Below are positions 45,954-55,885 of a DNA stretch of 64,000 nucleotides, in pieces. Source of the stretch: Candidatus Gottesmanbacteria bacterium (GTDB lineage: Bacteria > Patescibacteriota > Microgenomatia > UBA10105 > UBA927); contig JAHFKK010000001.1 of assembly GCA_023245335.1 (NCBI GenBank), forward strand, positions 491,282 through 555,281. The letters run 5' to 3'. The position numbers were made by a program, and so were the translations under genes. Within the stretch, counting starts at the first letter, position 1. Each line of letters starts with the position of its first letter. Below the pieces are notes generated by a model. It had not been told where the DNA came from and ran no database searches. It saw only the letters and a program-made list of their open reading frames with translations.

Positions 45954-46885
45954 AACATAGACTCGTGAGCTTTGTCATCCCGTTATATAACGAACGCCCC
46001 AGTCTTAAGGAATTGGTTGCTGCCATAGGGAAATCTTCCGTGACCAGGGAATGGGCCATAGAGTATGTGTTTATCGATGATGGAAGTACAGATGGGTCAT
46101 TTGAAGAACTTAAGATGCTTAAAAAGGCTTCAAAAGTGCCTATGAAGCTCATCCGTTTCCGGAAAAACAGCGGTAAGTCTATGGCTCTTACCGAAGGGTT
46201 CCAGGGCGTAAGTGGCGATATCGTCGTTACGCTTGATGCAGACCTGCAAGACGATCCGTTTGAGGTTCACAAACTCATCGATAAACTCGACGAGGGATAC
46301 GATCTTGTCGTCGGATGGCGGAATAATCGCCAGGATCATCAAAACAAGCTCCGGTTGTCGCATATTTTTAACGGAGTAGTGGCGAGGCTTGCGCACGTAC
46401 CGCTTCATGACATGAACTGCGGCATGAAAGTTATGCGGAGAACAGTTGCCGAAGAGATAGATGTGTACGGCGAGTTGCATCGCTTCATACCGGTTCTAGC
46501 TGCGGCGCAGGGGTTCAAAGTGACTGAGGTACCCATTATCCATCACCCGCGAAAGTACGGCGTGTCGAAATTCGGAGGAGAGCGGATTTTGCGTGCTCCG
46601 TTTGACCTTACGACCACACTGTTTCTGACATTATTCCGTACGCGTCCGCTTCAGATTTTCGGGCCGATCGGGATAGGGCTTATCGGAGTGGGGATTATTT
46701 TTCTTTTGTACCTTTCTGTTCTTCACTTCATTGGTCAGACAATCGGGGATCGGCCGTTACTCCTCTTAAGTATTTTATTGGTGCTTTCCGGCGTTCAGTT
46801 GTTTTCTACCGGTCTTGTGGGGGAGTTGGTGACGAAGATGAATATCCGGAAAGAAAAGCGGCCCGTCGAAGAAGTCATTGGCTGA
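45950..46885 (+). CDS. Family-2 glycosyltransferase (polyprenyl-phosphate sugar transferase, DPM1/GtrB-like) with C-terminal TM helices
   Basis: 'VSFVIPLYNE', 'IDDGSTDGS', 'TLDADLQDDP' DxD motif, two C-terminal TM helices. Confidence 0.85.
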   Translation: MKHRLVSFVIPLYNERPSLKELVAAIGKSSVTREWAIEYVFIDDGSTDGSFEELKMLKKASKVPMKLIRFRKNSGKSMALTEGFQGVSGDIVVTLDADLQDDPFEVHKLIDKLDEGYDLVVGWRNNRQDHQNKLRLSHIFNGVVARLAHVPLHDMNCGMKVMRRTVAEEIDVYGELHRFIPVLAAAQGFKVTEVPIIHHPRKYGVSKFGGERILRAPFDLTTTLFLTLFRTRPLQIFGPIGIGLIGVGIIFLLYLSVLHFIGQTIGDRPLLLLSILLVLSGVQLFSTGLVGELVTKMNIRKEKRPVEEVIG

Positions 46886-46955
46886 CGGAGCCTCATTTTG
46901 TTCACCTATTTTTCAGGTGATTTTCAGGTTAGTATCCGATACTAGGTAGAGTATT

Positions 46956-47486
46956 ATGAAAAAGTTTTTCCTGTCCGTATCGGTTGTCGCAGCCTTTGTT
47001 CTCTATTCGTTTATCCGGCAGAATACCGTACCGGCCACGGCCCCGACGAGTCCAATCACAGATGCGGCCCCGACCCCCGAACCGACTTCGCCGCCCATAC
47101 CGTCTCCGACGCAGGGATCAAAAACGACATTACCGGTATTTCCTAACGCGACGGCAATGCCTACCGCTCCGCCGCCCACGCCGACTACGGCTGTGAAGCG
47201 CGGGCAATACCGGGACGGCAGCTATATAGGGGATACGTTTGATGCGTTTTACGGCAACATTCAGGTGCAAGCGGTCGTGAGCGGAGGCAGGCTTACCGAC
47301 GTCAAGATACTTCAGTACCCTAATGACCGCAGGACCTCCGTCGCTATAAACAGCCAGGCGCTCCCCATGCTGCAACAGGAAGCAATACAGGCGCAAAGCG
47401 CAAACGTGGATATTATTTCCGGAGCGTCAGATACGAGTAGTGCGTTCGTTCAGTCACTGGGAACGGCACTTAAAAAAGCAGTATGA
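46956..47486 (+). CDS. Secreted FMN-binding-domain protein with ApbE flavinylation motif
   Basis: Signal/TM, Pro/Thr linker, 'GQYRDGSYIGD...YGNIQVQAVVSGGRLTDV' FMN_bind pattern and 'VDIISGASDTS' (D-x-x-S-G-A-S/T target Ser/Thr). Confidence 0.7.
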   Translation: MKKFFLSVSVVAAFVLYSFIRQNTVPATAPTSPITDAAPTPEPTSPPIPSPTQGSKTTLPVFPNATAMPTAPPPTPTTAVKRGQYRDGSYIGDTFDAFYGNIQVQAVVSGGRLTDVKILQYPNDRRTSVAINSQALPMLQQEAIQAQSANVDIISGASDTSSAFVQSLGTALKKAV

Positions 47487-48226
47487 AACAAACGCGCGTG
47501 ATGTGGGACATGCCGATAACGGTGGAATTGAGGGATGCCGAAAATTCGGAAGGACTTATCGATGCAGTATATTCCTACTTTCAGCATGTAGATGATACGT
47601 TCAGTACGTTCAAACCTACCAGTGAAATCTCCCGGATCAACAGAAAAGAGCTCGTAGAACATGAATGGAGTGCTGACATGCGCGAAGTGGTTGCCCTCTG
47701 TGAACAAACACGGATAGACACCCGTGGATTTTTTTCCTACATACGTGACGGAGAAATTCACCCGTTGGGACTGGTGAAAGGCTGGGCTCTCCACAAAGCG
47801 GCTGACATGTTACGAGGTAAGGGCGTGAAGAATTTTTTCATAGAGGCCGGCGGGGATGTAGAAATAAGCGGCGTAAGTGCGCCGAATGTCCCATGGAGTG
47901 TCGGCATCCGGGATCCTTTTTACCGGAAAGACATCGTCAAAAAATTATTACTCACCGATTGCGGTGTCGCGACGTCCGGCACGTACATCCGGGGATATCA
48001 CATCTATAATCCCTTTGCGCCCGATACGAATGTCGCCGGTGTGACGAGTCTTACCGTAGTGGGACCGAATGCATATGAGGCAGACCGGTTCGTGACTCCG
48101 GCATTCGCCATGGGCATAAAAGGCGTAGAATTTATAGAGACGGTTGGAGGTCTTGAGGGGTACCAGATTGATGCGCGCGGTATGGCTACGTTTACGAGCG
48201 GTTTTGAACGATATGTCGATCATTAG
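47483..48226 (+). CDS. apbE: FAD:protein FMN transferase (ApbE family), short form
   Basis: 'MWDMPITVEL' (MGTxVxI-like start), 'GLVKGWALHKAADML', 'FIEAGGDV', 'CGVATSGTY'; ATGA overlap with the upstream gene. Confidence 0.7.
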   Translation: MKQTRVMWDMPITVELRDAENSEGLIDAVYSYFQHVDDTFSTFKPTSEISRINRKELVEHEWSADMREVVALCEQTRIDTRGFFSYIRDGEIHPLGLVKGWALHKAADMLRGKGVKNFFIEAGGDVEISGVSAPNVPWSVGIRDPFYRKDIVKKLLLTDCGVATSGTYIRGYHIYNPFAPDTNVAGVTSLTVVGPNAYEADRFVTPAFAMGIKGVEFIETVGGLEGYQIDARGMATFTSGFERYVDH

Positions 48227-49751
48227 GAATCTGTTGGGCTTTGTTGATTCGATACTCGACCGTATCACCATGTATCGGGTGATACTGTATTACCTTATCG
48301 CGATTCTCCTGATCGCGATGGGGTTATCGGCGTTCGGTTTGCTTTCGTATGACCCGGTGAGTATCGGCCTAACCGCGCTGTTTTTTGTCTTCGTCAGCGA
48401 ATGGACGAACGATGTGTTTTCCAAGGTGTTTGCTGTTCCGGTCAATGTCGAGTCCACGACGATTACGGCTCTTATTTTGGCCTGCATCGTGTCGCCGGTT
48501 AAACAGGCGTCGGACTTTATCTCGATCGCCATTATCTCGGTACTTGCCGTATCGTCAAAATATATTCTCGCCATCAACAAAAAGCATTTATTTAATCCGG
48601 CCGCACTCGCTGTCGTTCTCTCCGGTTCGTTTTTTCGAGTTCCGGCGACATGGTGGGTTGGGAACCCGGCACTCGCGTGGTTCGTCGGACTAGGCGGACT
48701 TCTCGTCATGCGGAAGATACGCCGCGAACCGATGATATGGACGTTTTTCGGAACAGTACTTCTGGTGTCTACGATGACGGCTATTTTGAAAGGATCACCC
48801 CTTGTCACGCTCTACTCGCGGCTGTTTCTTCATTCATCGCTGTTATTTTTGGCATTCGCGATGCTTACAGAACCGATGACAAGTCCGCCGGTCAAGGATA
48901 TGCAGATTGTATTTGCGGCAATCGTGGGATTTTTGTTTGTGCCGGACATCCACATCGGTTCAGTATATTCCACTCCCGAGTTGGCATTAGTTGCAGGAAA
49001 TGTATTTTCCTATGTTGTGAGTCCCAAAGAGCGTCTGGTCCTGTATCTTAAAGAAAAAATTCTGCACTCCTCTGACGTCATTGATTTTGTTTTCACCCTT
49101 CCTCAGGGGATCAACCATACGCCGGGACAGTATATGGAATGGACCCTTCCGCACAAAGATCCTGACAGCAGAGGCAACCGCAGATACTTTACCTTGGCCT
49201 CGTCTCCGACGGAGTCGGAATTGCGGTTAGGCGTAAAGTTTTATGAACACTCAAGCAGTTTTAAGAAAGCGCTTTTAGCCCTTGGATCGGGGACACCTAT
49301 AGCCGCCTCACAGCGGGCGGGAGATTTTGTATTACCCAAAGACACCGCGCAAAAGCTTGTCTTCATAGCCGGAGGCATTGGCGTGACTCCATATCGGAGC
49401 ATAATCAAATATTTGGTGGATAAGGGAGAGCGGCGTGACATTGTCCTGATGTATGCCAATAAGATCAAAAATGATATCGTGTACGCGGATATATTTGAAA
49501 AGGCCCGTGTGCTTTTGGGTATGCGCACGATCTATACGTTGACTGATACTGCGGCTATCCCCGCCGATTGGGGCGGAAAACGGGGTCGTATTGATAGTGC
49601 CATGATCGCTTCGGAAATTCCGGATTTTCGCGACAGACATTTTTACCTTTCCGGCCCGTATGCTATGGTAACTTCGTATGAACGGGTGCTTTTGGGTATG
49701 GGAGTTCCGGATGCTCAGATCAAGAAAGATTTCTTCCCAGGTTTTGTCTGA
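48213..49751 (+). CDS. Fusion of an RnfD/NqrB-like polytopic membrane domain with a ferredoxin-NADP-reductase-like FAD/NAD(P)-binding domain
   Basis: Membrane part contains 'KKHLFNPAALAVV' (HxFNPA signature of NQR2/RnfD/RnfE); C-terminus has 'RRYFTLAS' (RxYS FAD motif) and 'LVFIAGGIGVTPYRS' (NAD motif). Start is ambiguous (48213 or 48270). Confidence 0.55.
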   Translation: MSIIRNLLGFVDSILDRITMYRVILYYLIAILLIAMGLSAFGLLSYDPVSIGLTALFFVFVSEWTNDVFSKVFAVPVNVESTTITALILACIVSPVKQASDFISIAIISVLAVSSKYILAINKKHLFNPAALAVVLSGSFFRVPATWWVGNPALAWFVGLGGLLVMRKIRREPMIWTFFGTVLLVSTMTAILKGSPLVTLYSRLFLHSSLLFLAFAMLTEPMTSPPVKDMQIVFAAIVGFLFVPDIHIGSVYSTPELALVAGNVFSYVVSPKERLVLYLKEKILHSSDVIDFVFTLPQGINHTPGQYMEWTLPHKDPDSRGNRRYFTLASSPTESELRLGVKFYEHSSSFKKALLALGSGTPIAASQRAGDFVLPKDTAQKLVFIAGGIGVTPYRSIIKYLVDKGERRDIVLMYANKIKNDIVYADIFEKARVLLGMRTIYTLTDTAAIPADWGGKRGRIDSAMIASEIPDFRDRHFYLSGPYAMVTSYERVLLGMGVPDAQIKKDFFPGFV

Positions 49752-49833
49752 TTCTCATTGTGCTTTGTATTACACATCAAACAGAACGATCTCACTATAA
49801 TAAAAGGTGATTGAATACATAAAGGAGGCTCAT

Positions 49834-50211
49834 ATGCAGGGATATGTTACCAATATAGAAGAAAAGACGGCAGGGAACGAATATTTCCGGCAGGTGCTTT
49901 ATACTGCTCCCCATAGTCAGTTGGTCGTGATGGCGCTGCAGCCTGGGGAGGATATCGGGATGGAAGTCCACCCCGAGCACGATCAGTTCATACGCGTGGA
50001 GACAGGGAATGGGAAAGCTATACTAAACGGGGAAGAGTCAGTGCTTTCGGAAGGCTCTGCCGTCGTGATACCGGCAGGAACCGAGCATAACATAATAAAT
50101 TCCGGAACTACGGTCATGAAGTTGTATACCGTGTATACCCCGCCGGAACATGAGGACGGGACGGTGCACAAAACAAAGGCTGAAGCGCTCGCCGCCCATC
50201 ATGAAGGCTGA
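49834..50211 (+). CDS. Cupin-2 domain protein
   Basis: RBS AAAGGAGG then ATG 49834; 'GMEVHPEHDQFIRVETGNGKAIL...VVIPAGTEHNIIN' two-His cupin motifs. Confidence 0.7.
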   Translation: MQGYVTNIEEKTAGNEYFRQVLYTAPHSQLVVMALQPGEDIGMEVHPEHDQFIRVETGNGKAILNGEESVLSEGSAVVIPAGTEHNIINSGTTVMKLYTVYTPPEHEDGTVHKTKAEALAAHHEG

Positions 50212-50978
50212 TCAGGCTTGAGCTTCATCGCTTTTATAGCAAGAAACAGCGGAATTTCTTTCCGGGTTCTGTTTTCCATTTTGCCGGTACTGCCCTTGCT
50301 GTGTTTATCGGATGCCCATTCTTCGAGTGTATCTATGACAAAGCCGTTTGTCTTGAGCATGGATGTGTAGTCTCCTAACGGGTGATGATAACTCCAGGTG
50401 ACGGTAGAATTGCTTTTTCCGGGGTGCATCGTGATGGGAATCTCAAGCGATGAAAGATATCGGTTGATGCGGCGATACTGCAATTTGTTCGTTTCATCGA
50501 TTCCCCACGATGATTGGCGCGGAATCCGGAAGCACGGATGGTTCAGGATGATGACGAGGATTCCGTTTTTGGTCAGGTGCTGGGCAGTATTTCTGATGAC
50601 ATCAAAGGGGTCTTTCATGTTCTGGAGTGACAGGATGAGTGCGGCATGAGTGAAATCCGTCCCGATTGCCAGCGGTTTTGCGACATCGGCACATACATAC
50701 GTGTGGAGAGATGAATGATCCTGATCTTTAGCTGCGGTTATAAGGCTGGGGGAGACATCTATTCCCGTATATCGGATGTCTTTTGCGATCGCACGTCCTA
50801 ATACACCGCTTCCGCATCCCAAATCCAGGATGGAAGAGGTTTTATCAAGAGCCAGAAGTTTTTGCGCGCCTGGGATGACCACGTGTTCGTGGAAATAGTT
50901 GCCCGCACCTGCGGTCGATTCTTTATACCATCTGCTGTCGTGCTCCCATGAGGTTTTGGCGTGTGGACGTCGGTACAT
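50199..50978 (-). CDS. Class I SAM-dependent methyltransferase
   Basis: 'ILDLGCGSGVLG' motif I and 'VIRNTAQHLTKNGILVI' post-I motifs. Confidence 0.8.
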   Translation of the reverse strand: MYRRPHAKTSWEHDSRWYKESTAGAGNYFHEHVVIPGAQKLLALDKTSSILDLGCGSGVLGRAIAKDIRYTGIDVSPSLITAAKDQDHSSLHTYVCADVAKPLAIGTDFTHAALILSLQNMKDPFDVIRNTAQHLTKNGILVIILNHPCFRIPRQSSWGIDETNKLQYRRINRYLSSLEIPITMHPGKSNSTVTWSYHHPLGDYTSMLKTNGFVIDTLEEWASDKHSKGSTGKMENRTRKEIPLFLAIKAMKLKPDQPS

Positions 50979-51059
50979 TGAAGCTATTGTATCAGATTTA
51001 CCGTAAGCTATCCCCGTCCCGACGATCGGGACGGGGAATAGAAAGGTAAAAAGGTTGCG

Positions 51060-51509
51060 TTACGGTGTTGGACTTTGTGTCGGAGTCGGTCCCCCGCGGT
51101 CCATGCGTGGATTCAACTGTACGGATTGTGCAGTCACGGATCCGTCTGAATTGGTTGTACCAAAAACGGAAACCGGTGCGCCTGCTTTCAGGTCGGAAAC
51201 GGTCGCTGCCGTGGCCTGATCAATTTGTGTTTTACTCGTAAGAAGGGCGATTTTCGTACTGCCGTCTGATAATTTGACGGTAACAGACTGCGCGTCTGCC
51301 GATACGATCTGACCGGCAATCGGTCGGAAGCCCTGACGGCCGGCGCCTCCCTGGCCCCGGGCTCCGCCCTGGGCGTTACCCAATCCGAATTGTCGTTGCG
51401 GTGATTGTGATTGCTGGTATTTCATACCGCCGAAAAATCCGGCTCCGCCTACGACAACCGCAACCACGAGAAGCAAACCTATATTATTTTGTTTCATTAT
51501 TTTTTTCAC
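51060..51509 (-). CDS. Secreted Gly/Gln-rich small protein (DUF5666-like beta domain)
   Basis: TM/signal 'IGLLLVVAVVVGGAGFFGG', G/Q-rich linker, 'VTVKLSDGSTKI...VSVFGTTNSDGSVTAQSVQL'. Confidence 0.45.
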   Translation of the reverse strand: MKKIMKQNNIGLLLVVAVVVGGAGFFGGMKYQQSQSPQRQFGLGNAQGGARGQGGAGRQGFRPIAGQIVSADAQSVTVKLSDGSTKIALLTSKTQIDQATAATVSDLKAGAPVSVFGTTNSDGSVTAQSVQLNPRMDRGGPTPTQSPTP

Positions 51510-52554
51510 CTCCCTTCAAATACATATCAAAAAAATCTACGGAACGCTGTAATGCAAGCGAAAGATGCCCGGATATATTGTGATCGTCACCGGGATACGT
51601 AAACAGCTCGACGCTTTTTCCTGCGGCTTTGAGTTCACTCTCGAGCGTTTCGGAAAAGACGACCGGCACTTCTTCGTCGGTGATACTGTGATCAAGCTGT
51701 ATGGGAGCCGTGATGTCGGCAAGGTGCCCGTTTGCGGAAATAGAATTCCAGAAGACAGGATTTTTGTCCGGACTCCCATATCGGGCAACCAGCGCGTTTC
51801 GCCATCCGGGAGGATTCCCGCTGCCTCCGGTCCTGAACTCGGGTCTCGGTGTGGTTTGAGGATGCCATTTGGTAAAAAGGTCGGCGTATGATGCGACGAC
51901 ACCTCCCCATATGACTGCCGCTTTGATGTCGTGGGACACAACAAGCGCGCGGAGCGTGATAAACCCTCCCATGGAGTGTCCCCACATGCCGATCTTACTT
52001 GGGTTGGCAGTACTATATTTTTTAATAGAGGCAACGGCGTTTAAGACGTCGATCGTATAGGCATTGGATCCGTATGCTCCGACGGCTTGTCCTTCGGAGT
52101 TGCCGTTTCCGCGGTAGTCGGGACGAAAGACGATATAGCCGTTCCGCGAAAATGCGTCGGTATAGGCGATATATCGCTCCGTGGGGCTATAGGTTTTGGG
52201 AGGTATATACCCGTGATTAAAGACGATGACAGGCCATCCGTTCGTCGGAGCAGTTCCATCCGGGACGGTGAGGAGCGCATAAATTTTCAACCCCTCGGAT
52301 TTATACGAGGCAAGGTACCGCTGATAATTTGATCCCGGTGCGAGCGTTTGTTCTATAGTGATGCTACTTCCGGGAAACGACGTTTGTTTCAGTGCGTCTA
52401 TCGAAAGCGGATTGTTTGCGTTGGGTGCGGGTGTCGTATTCGCATTTAGAATATTCTGGGTGTCGCGAAATTTCGGAACCTTGGAATATAGAAGTCCCGC
52501 GATGATGCCAAGTACCAGGATGGACCCGAGGACGATCACATGTGACTTATTCAT
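51484..52554 (-). CDS. Membrane-anchored alpha/beta-hydrolase (S9/dienelactone-hydrolase-like)
   Basis: Nucleophile elbow 'GHSMGG'; 'PVIVFNHGY'; N-terminal TM. Confidence 0.7.
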   Translation of the reverse strand: MNKSHVIVLGSILVLGIIAGLLYSKVPKFRDTQNILNANTTPAPNANNPLSIDALKQTSFPGSSITIEQTLAPGSNYQRYLASYKSEGLKIYALLTVPDGTAPTNGWPVIVFNHGYIPPKTYSPTERYIAYTDAFSRNGYIVFRPDYRGNGNSEGQAVGAYGSNAYTIDVLNAVASIKKYSTANPSKIGMWGHSMGGFITLRALVVSHDIKAAVIWGGVVASYADLFTKWHPQTTPRPEFRTGGSGNPPGWRNALVARYGSPDKNPVFWNSISANGHLADITAPIQLDHSITDEEVPVVFSETLESELKAAGKSVELFTYPGDDHNISGHLSLALQRSVDFFDMYLKGGEKNNETK

Positions 52555-53770
52555 ACCGCAATGCTTCGATCGGCTGTAAATCAGACGCTTTTTTGGCAGG
52601 ATACCATCCGAAGAGGATGCCTATGCCCGCTGATACGGCGAATGCAAGAAGTATCGAGGTCGGAGAAATGATAAAGAGAGAACCGGTAACGCGCGAGATG
52701 ATGAAGGATGTCAATATTCCGACGACAATGCCTATGGCGCCTCCCGTGAACGTCAGCATGATGGACTCGGCCAAAAACTGTGTCGTAATGGTTTTCTTTT
52801 TGGCGCCTAAGGCTTTACGAAGTCCGATCTCGCGTGTCCGTTCGGTGACGGTCACGAGCATAATGTTCATAATGCCGATGCCTCCTACCAGAAGCGATAT
52901 TGCGGCAATCCCGGATAATAGCGACGTAAATATCCCGGTCGTTGCCGTAGCGGTATTTAATATATCCTGCTGGGAAAAAATACGGAAATCCGCTTGCGTG
53001 GGATCATTGAATTTGTGCCGCAGGAGAAGGAGATATCCTACTTCGTTTTCCGCTTGCGTCATGACGTCGGCGCTTTTGGCTTCCAGTGCGATGCTATTGA
53101 GGTAGTCCACACCCATGAGTTGTTTTTGCGCGGTTGGGAGGGGGACGATTATGATGTCATCCTGGTTTTGGAATCCCGATCCGCCTTTAGATTTGGTAAT
53201 ACCGATAACCGTAAATGTCTGGCCGCTTATGCGGAGTTTCTGCCCTATGGGAGTTGTCCCGTCACCAAAGAGATCGCTTACGACCTGTGGTCCGATGACG
53301 GCCACCTTGGTCACGCCGTCGATATCCCGCTGCGTGATAAAGTTGCCGTTTGCTATCACGACTTTATGGACGTCCGCATACACGGGGGTTGCGCCGATGA
53401 CTTGTGTATTCGTATTATTGGCGCCGGTCGTTACCTGTATGCGGCGCTGTACTTCCGGAGAGACGGTTTTGACGGTGGTGATCTGCGTGGACGTCTGTAT
53501 GGCCTTTGCGTCATCCAGAGTAAGTGATGTTCCGCCGCCTATGGCCCCGCGTACCGCACCATTTTGTTGGGCAGAGGGGGACACTGTGAGAAGGTTAGCC
53601 CCGAGTGATTGAATCTGATCCTGTATGGATTGCTGTGTGGCCTGTCCCAAAGAGACAAGTGCGATGACGCTGCCGATACCGATGACGATGCCAAGGACAG
53701 CAAGTCCCGTCCGCAACTTGTTTATGGTAAGCGTATTTATGCTTTCGAGTAAGAGTTCAATCGGTTCCAT
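52547..53770 (-). CDS. ABC transporter permease, MacB/FtsX-type
   Basis: N-terminal TM, large periplasmic domain, then a 3-TM FtsX domain 'ISLLVGGIGIMNIMLVTVTERTREIG'. Confidence 0.8.
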   Translation of the reverse strand: MEPIELLLESINTLTINKLRTGLAVLGIVIGIGSVIALVSLGQATQQSIQDQIQSLGANLLTVSPSAQQNGAVRGAIGGGTSLTLDDAKAIQTSTQITTVKTVSPEVQRRIQVTTGANNTNTQVIGATPVYADVHKVVIANGNFITQRDIDGVTKVAVIGPQVVSDLFGDGTTPIGQKLRISGQTFTVIGITKSKGGSGFQNQDDIIIVPLPTAQKQLMGVDYLNSIALEAKSADVMTQAENEVGYLLLLRHKFNDPTQADFRIFSQQDILNTATATTGIFTSLLSGIAAISLLVGGIGIMNIMLVTVTERTREIGLRKALGAKKKTITTQFLAESIMLTFTGGAIGIVVGILTSFIISRVTGSLFIISPTSILLAFAVSAGIGILFGWYPAKKASDLQPIEALRYE

Positions 53771-54488
53771 GGTGTAGCGTTGCCTTCCGCTGTTTGTGTC
53801 CGTCACCATCCTCAACGATGTTGCCGTCCCGGACATGAATGATACGTTTGGCATGTTCCGCTATATCCGGTTCGTGTGTAATCATGACGATGGTATGCCC
53901 CTGGTCATTGAGCCTTTGGAATATAGCCATGACCTCTTCTGCCTGAACGCTTGCTATGTTGCCGGTTGGTTCATCGGCAAGGATAAGCGCGGGGTTTAGA
54001 ACAAGAGCCCTGGCTATCGCGACGCGCTGCTGTTGCCCGCCGGATATTTGGTTGGATGTATGGTAAATCCGGTTGCCTAGTCCAACCATCTCGAGAAACT
54101 TTTTGGCCGTAGCTTCCCGTTCGGCTTTCGGAATCCCTGCGTACATCATGGGTAGCGTCACATTTTTGAGCGCAGTAGTTCTCGGAAGGAGATTGAATGC
54201 CTGAAAGACAAAGCCAATTTTACGGTTCCGTATGTCGGCAAGCTCGTCATCAGTGAGGTTTTCTACGTTTTCTCCGTCGAGGACATACGTACCGCTCGTC
54301 GGTAAGTCCAACGCGCCCAAAATGTGCATGAGCGTTGATTTGCCGCTTCCCGAGGGGCCCATGATAGCGACGAACTCGCCTTTATCAATGGTAAATGACA
54401 CGTCGTCAAGCGCGACCGTCTCGATCGCGTCTGTTTTATACACCTTTCTAAGGTGAGACACCTGGATAATGGACTTGGGGCCTGACAT
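53757..54488 (-). CDS. ABC transporter ATP-binding protein (MacB/LolD-type)
   Basis: Walker A 'GPSGSGKST', signature 'ISGGQQQRV', Walker B '[10 protein letters not shown]'. Confidence 0.9.
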   Translation of the reverse strand: MSGPKSIIQVSHLRKVYKTDAIETVALDDVSFTIDKGEFVAIMGPSGSGKSTLMHILGALDLPTSGTYVLDGENVENLTDDELADIRNRKIGFVFQAFNLLPRTTALKNVTLPMMYAGIPKAEREATAKKFLEMVGLGNRIYHTSNQISGGQQQRVAIARALVLNPALILADEPTGNIASVQAEEVMAIFQRLNDQGHTIVMITHEPDIAEHAKRIIHVRDGNIVEDGDGHKQRKATLHHGTD

Positions 54489-54493
54489 AGAGT

Positions 54494-55873
54494 TTAGTTT
54501 CCCCGTATGACACGGGTCGTGCCGCCGCCGCCTCCGCCGAAGCCGCGGTTACCGCCGCCAAGCGCGCTGAATGGGGACGTGACACTTGAGCTTGTCGTCG
54601 ATGTCGTCGGAGCAGTCGAACCCGTTACGACCGTATCGCCTTCGGCAATACCGGAAACGATTTCGGTTTGTGTATCATTGGATAGCCCCACCGTGACGTC
54701 AACTGACGTCGCAGTGCCGTTTTTGAGGGTTCGTACTGTCGATTGTCCGCCGGTTGTCTGTACGGCCGCGTTGGGAACCAAAACGACACTATCTTTGACT
54801 GCAGTAATTATGTTGGCATCAACCGCCATGTTGGGGTAAATGCCGTCTACTGCAGAATCATACGTGATATATGCAGGATATGTGGTCACCCCGGAAGACA
54901 CGGTACCAGTCGTGTCTATGCTGACGACTTTGCCGGTAAATGACTGGTTCGGGAATGCATCCATCGTTATCGTTGCCTTATCTCCGATTTTTACTTTGGG
55001 GACGTCAACCTCATTCAGGTTGACGACAGCCGTCGGAGTCGCGGTTGTTTTGATGTTCCCGATCCTTTGAGCTGTGGAGTTGCCGGTTGAACTTGTTTGT
55101 GCTGTGAGTACGGATCCGGCCTGCAGCGATATGCCGCTTATAGTACCGGAAATCGGCGCGTAGATAGTAGGTGACGATTGTTGGTATGACGCCCAAGCGC
55201 TGTTGACGGATGTTTGAGCCGCCGCAACGACGTTTTGTTGGTTGGCGTACTGTGCTTCAGCCGCGAGCCAATCATCCTGGACCGTCGTAAATTGTGTCAG
55301 GACGCGGTTGGTAGTATTCGGACTGCTGTCCGAGTTTTGATACGTGGAATTTTCTGCGAGGTCGGTGTAGGTTTTCCATTTCGAAAACATAGCTGACTGC
55401 AGTGAGTACATACCCGCTTGGGCGCTCGCGAGTTGGTTTTTGGCGCTTTGATATGAGGCGAACGCCTGAGCAGACCGTTGGTTGCCTTCCATATCCAGGT
55501 CAACAAGCGCTATGGGGTCACCCGATTTGACGGCGTCACCGTTTTTGACGTAGATTTTGGAAACGACTCCTGACGTCTGTGTTGAAACTGACGCGCTATT
55601 GGCGCTTGATACCTGGCCGGATGTCGCAAGTGTCACGACGAGTGTGTCGCGGACTGCCTTTTCTGACTGATACTGTGTTTTGGTTCCTCCTGATCCGCTG
55701 ATCTTTGTGTATCCGAACCATGCGACGGCGAAAATAAGAACCAGCGATCCAAGCTTCAGAAGAAGCGGTAAGGCAAGGAACCTTTGTACAATGGATTTTC
55801 TTTCTGGTGTCGCGGTTTCGGATGATTTCATAGTGACAATTAATTTTACTATAGTATCTTGAGCTGAAAGCAA
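54494..55873 (-). CDS. MacA/HlyD-family periplasmic adaptor with Gly-rich C-terminus
   Basis: TM anchor, lipoyl 'VVSKIYVKNGDAVKSGDPIALVD', long Q/A-rich coiled coil and beta-barrel; start possibly the internal Met 55831. Confidence 0.75.
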   Translation of the reverse strand: MLSAQDTIVKLIVTMKSSETATPERKSIVQRFLALPLLLKLGSLVLIFAVAWFGYTKISGSGGTKTQYQSEKAVRDTLVVTLATSGQVSSANSASVSTQTSGVVSKIYVKNGDAVKSGDPIALVDLDMEGNQRSAQAFASYQSAKNQLASAQAGMYSLQSAMFSKWKTYTDLAENSTYQNSDSSPNTTNRVLTQFTTVQDDWLAAEAQYANQQNVVAAAQTSVNSAWASYQQSSPTIYAPISGTISGISLQAGSVLTAQTSSTGNSTAQRIGNIKTTATPTAVVNLNEVDVPKVKIGDKATITMDAFPNQSFTGKVVSIDTTGTVSSGVTTYPAYITYDSAVDGIYPNMAVDANIITAVKDSVVLVPNAAVQTTGGQSTVRTLKNGTATSVDVTVGLSNDTQTEIVSGIAEGDTVVTGSTAPTTSTTSSSVTSPFSALGGGNRGFGGGGGGTTRVIRGN

Positions 55874-55885
55874 GCTGAAATATAA

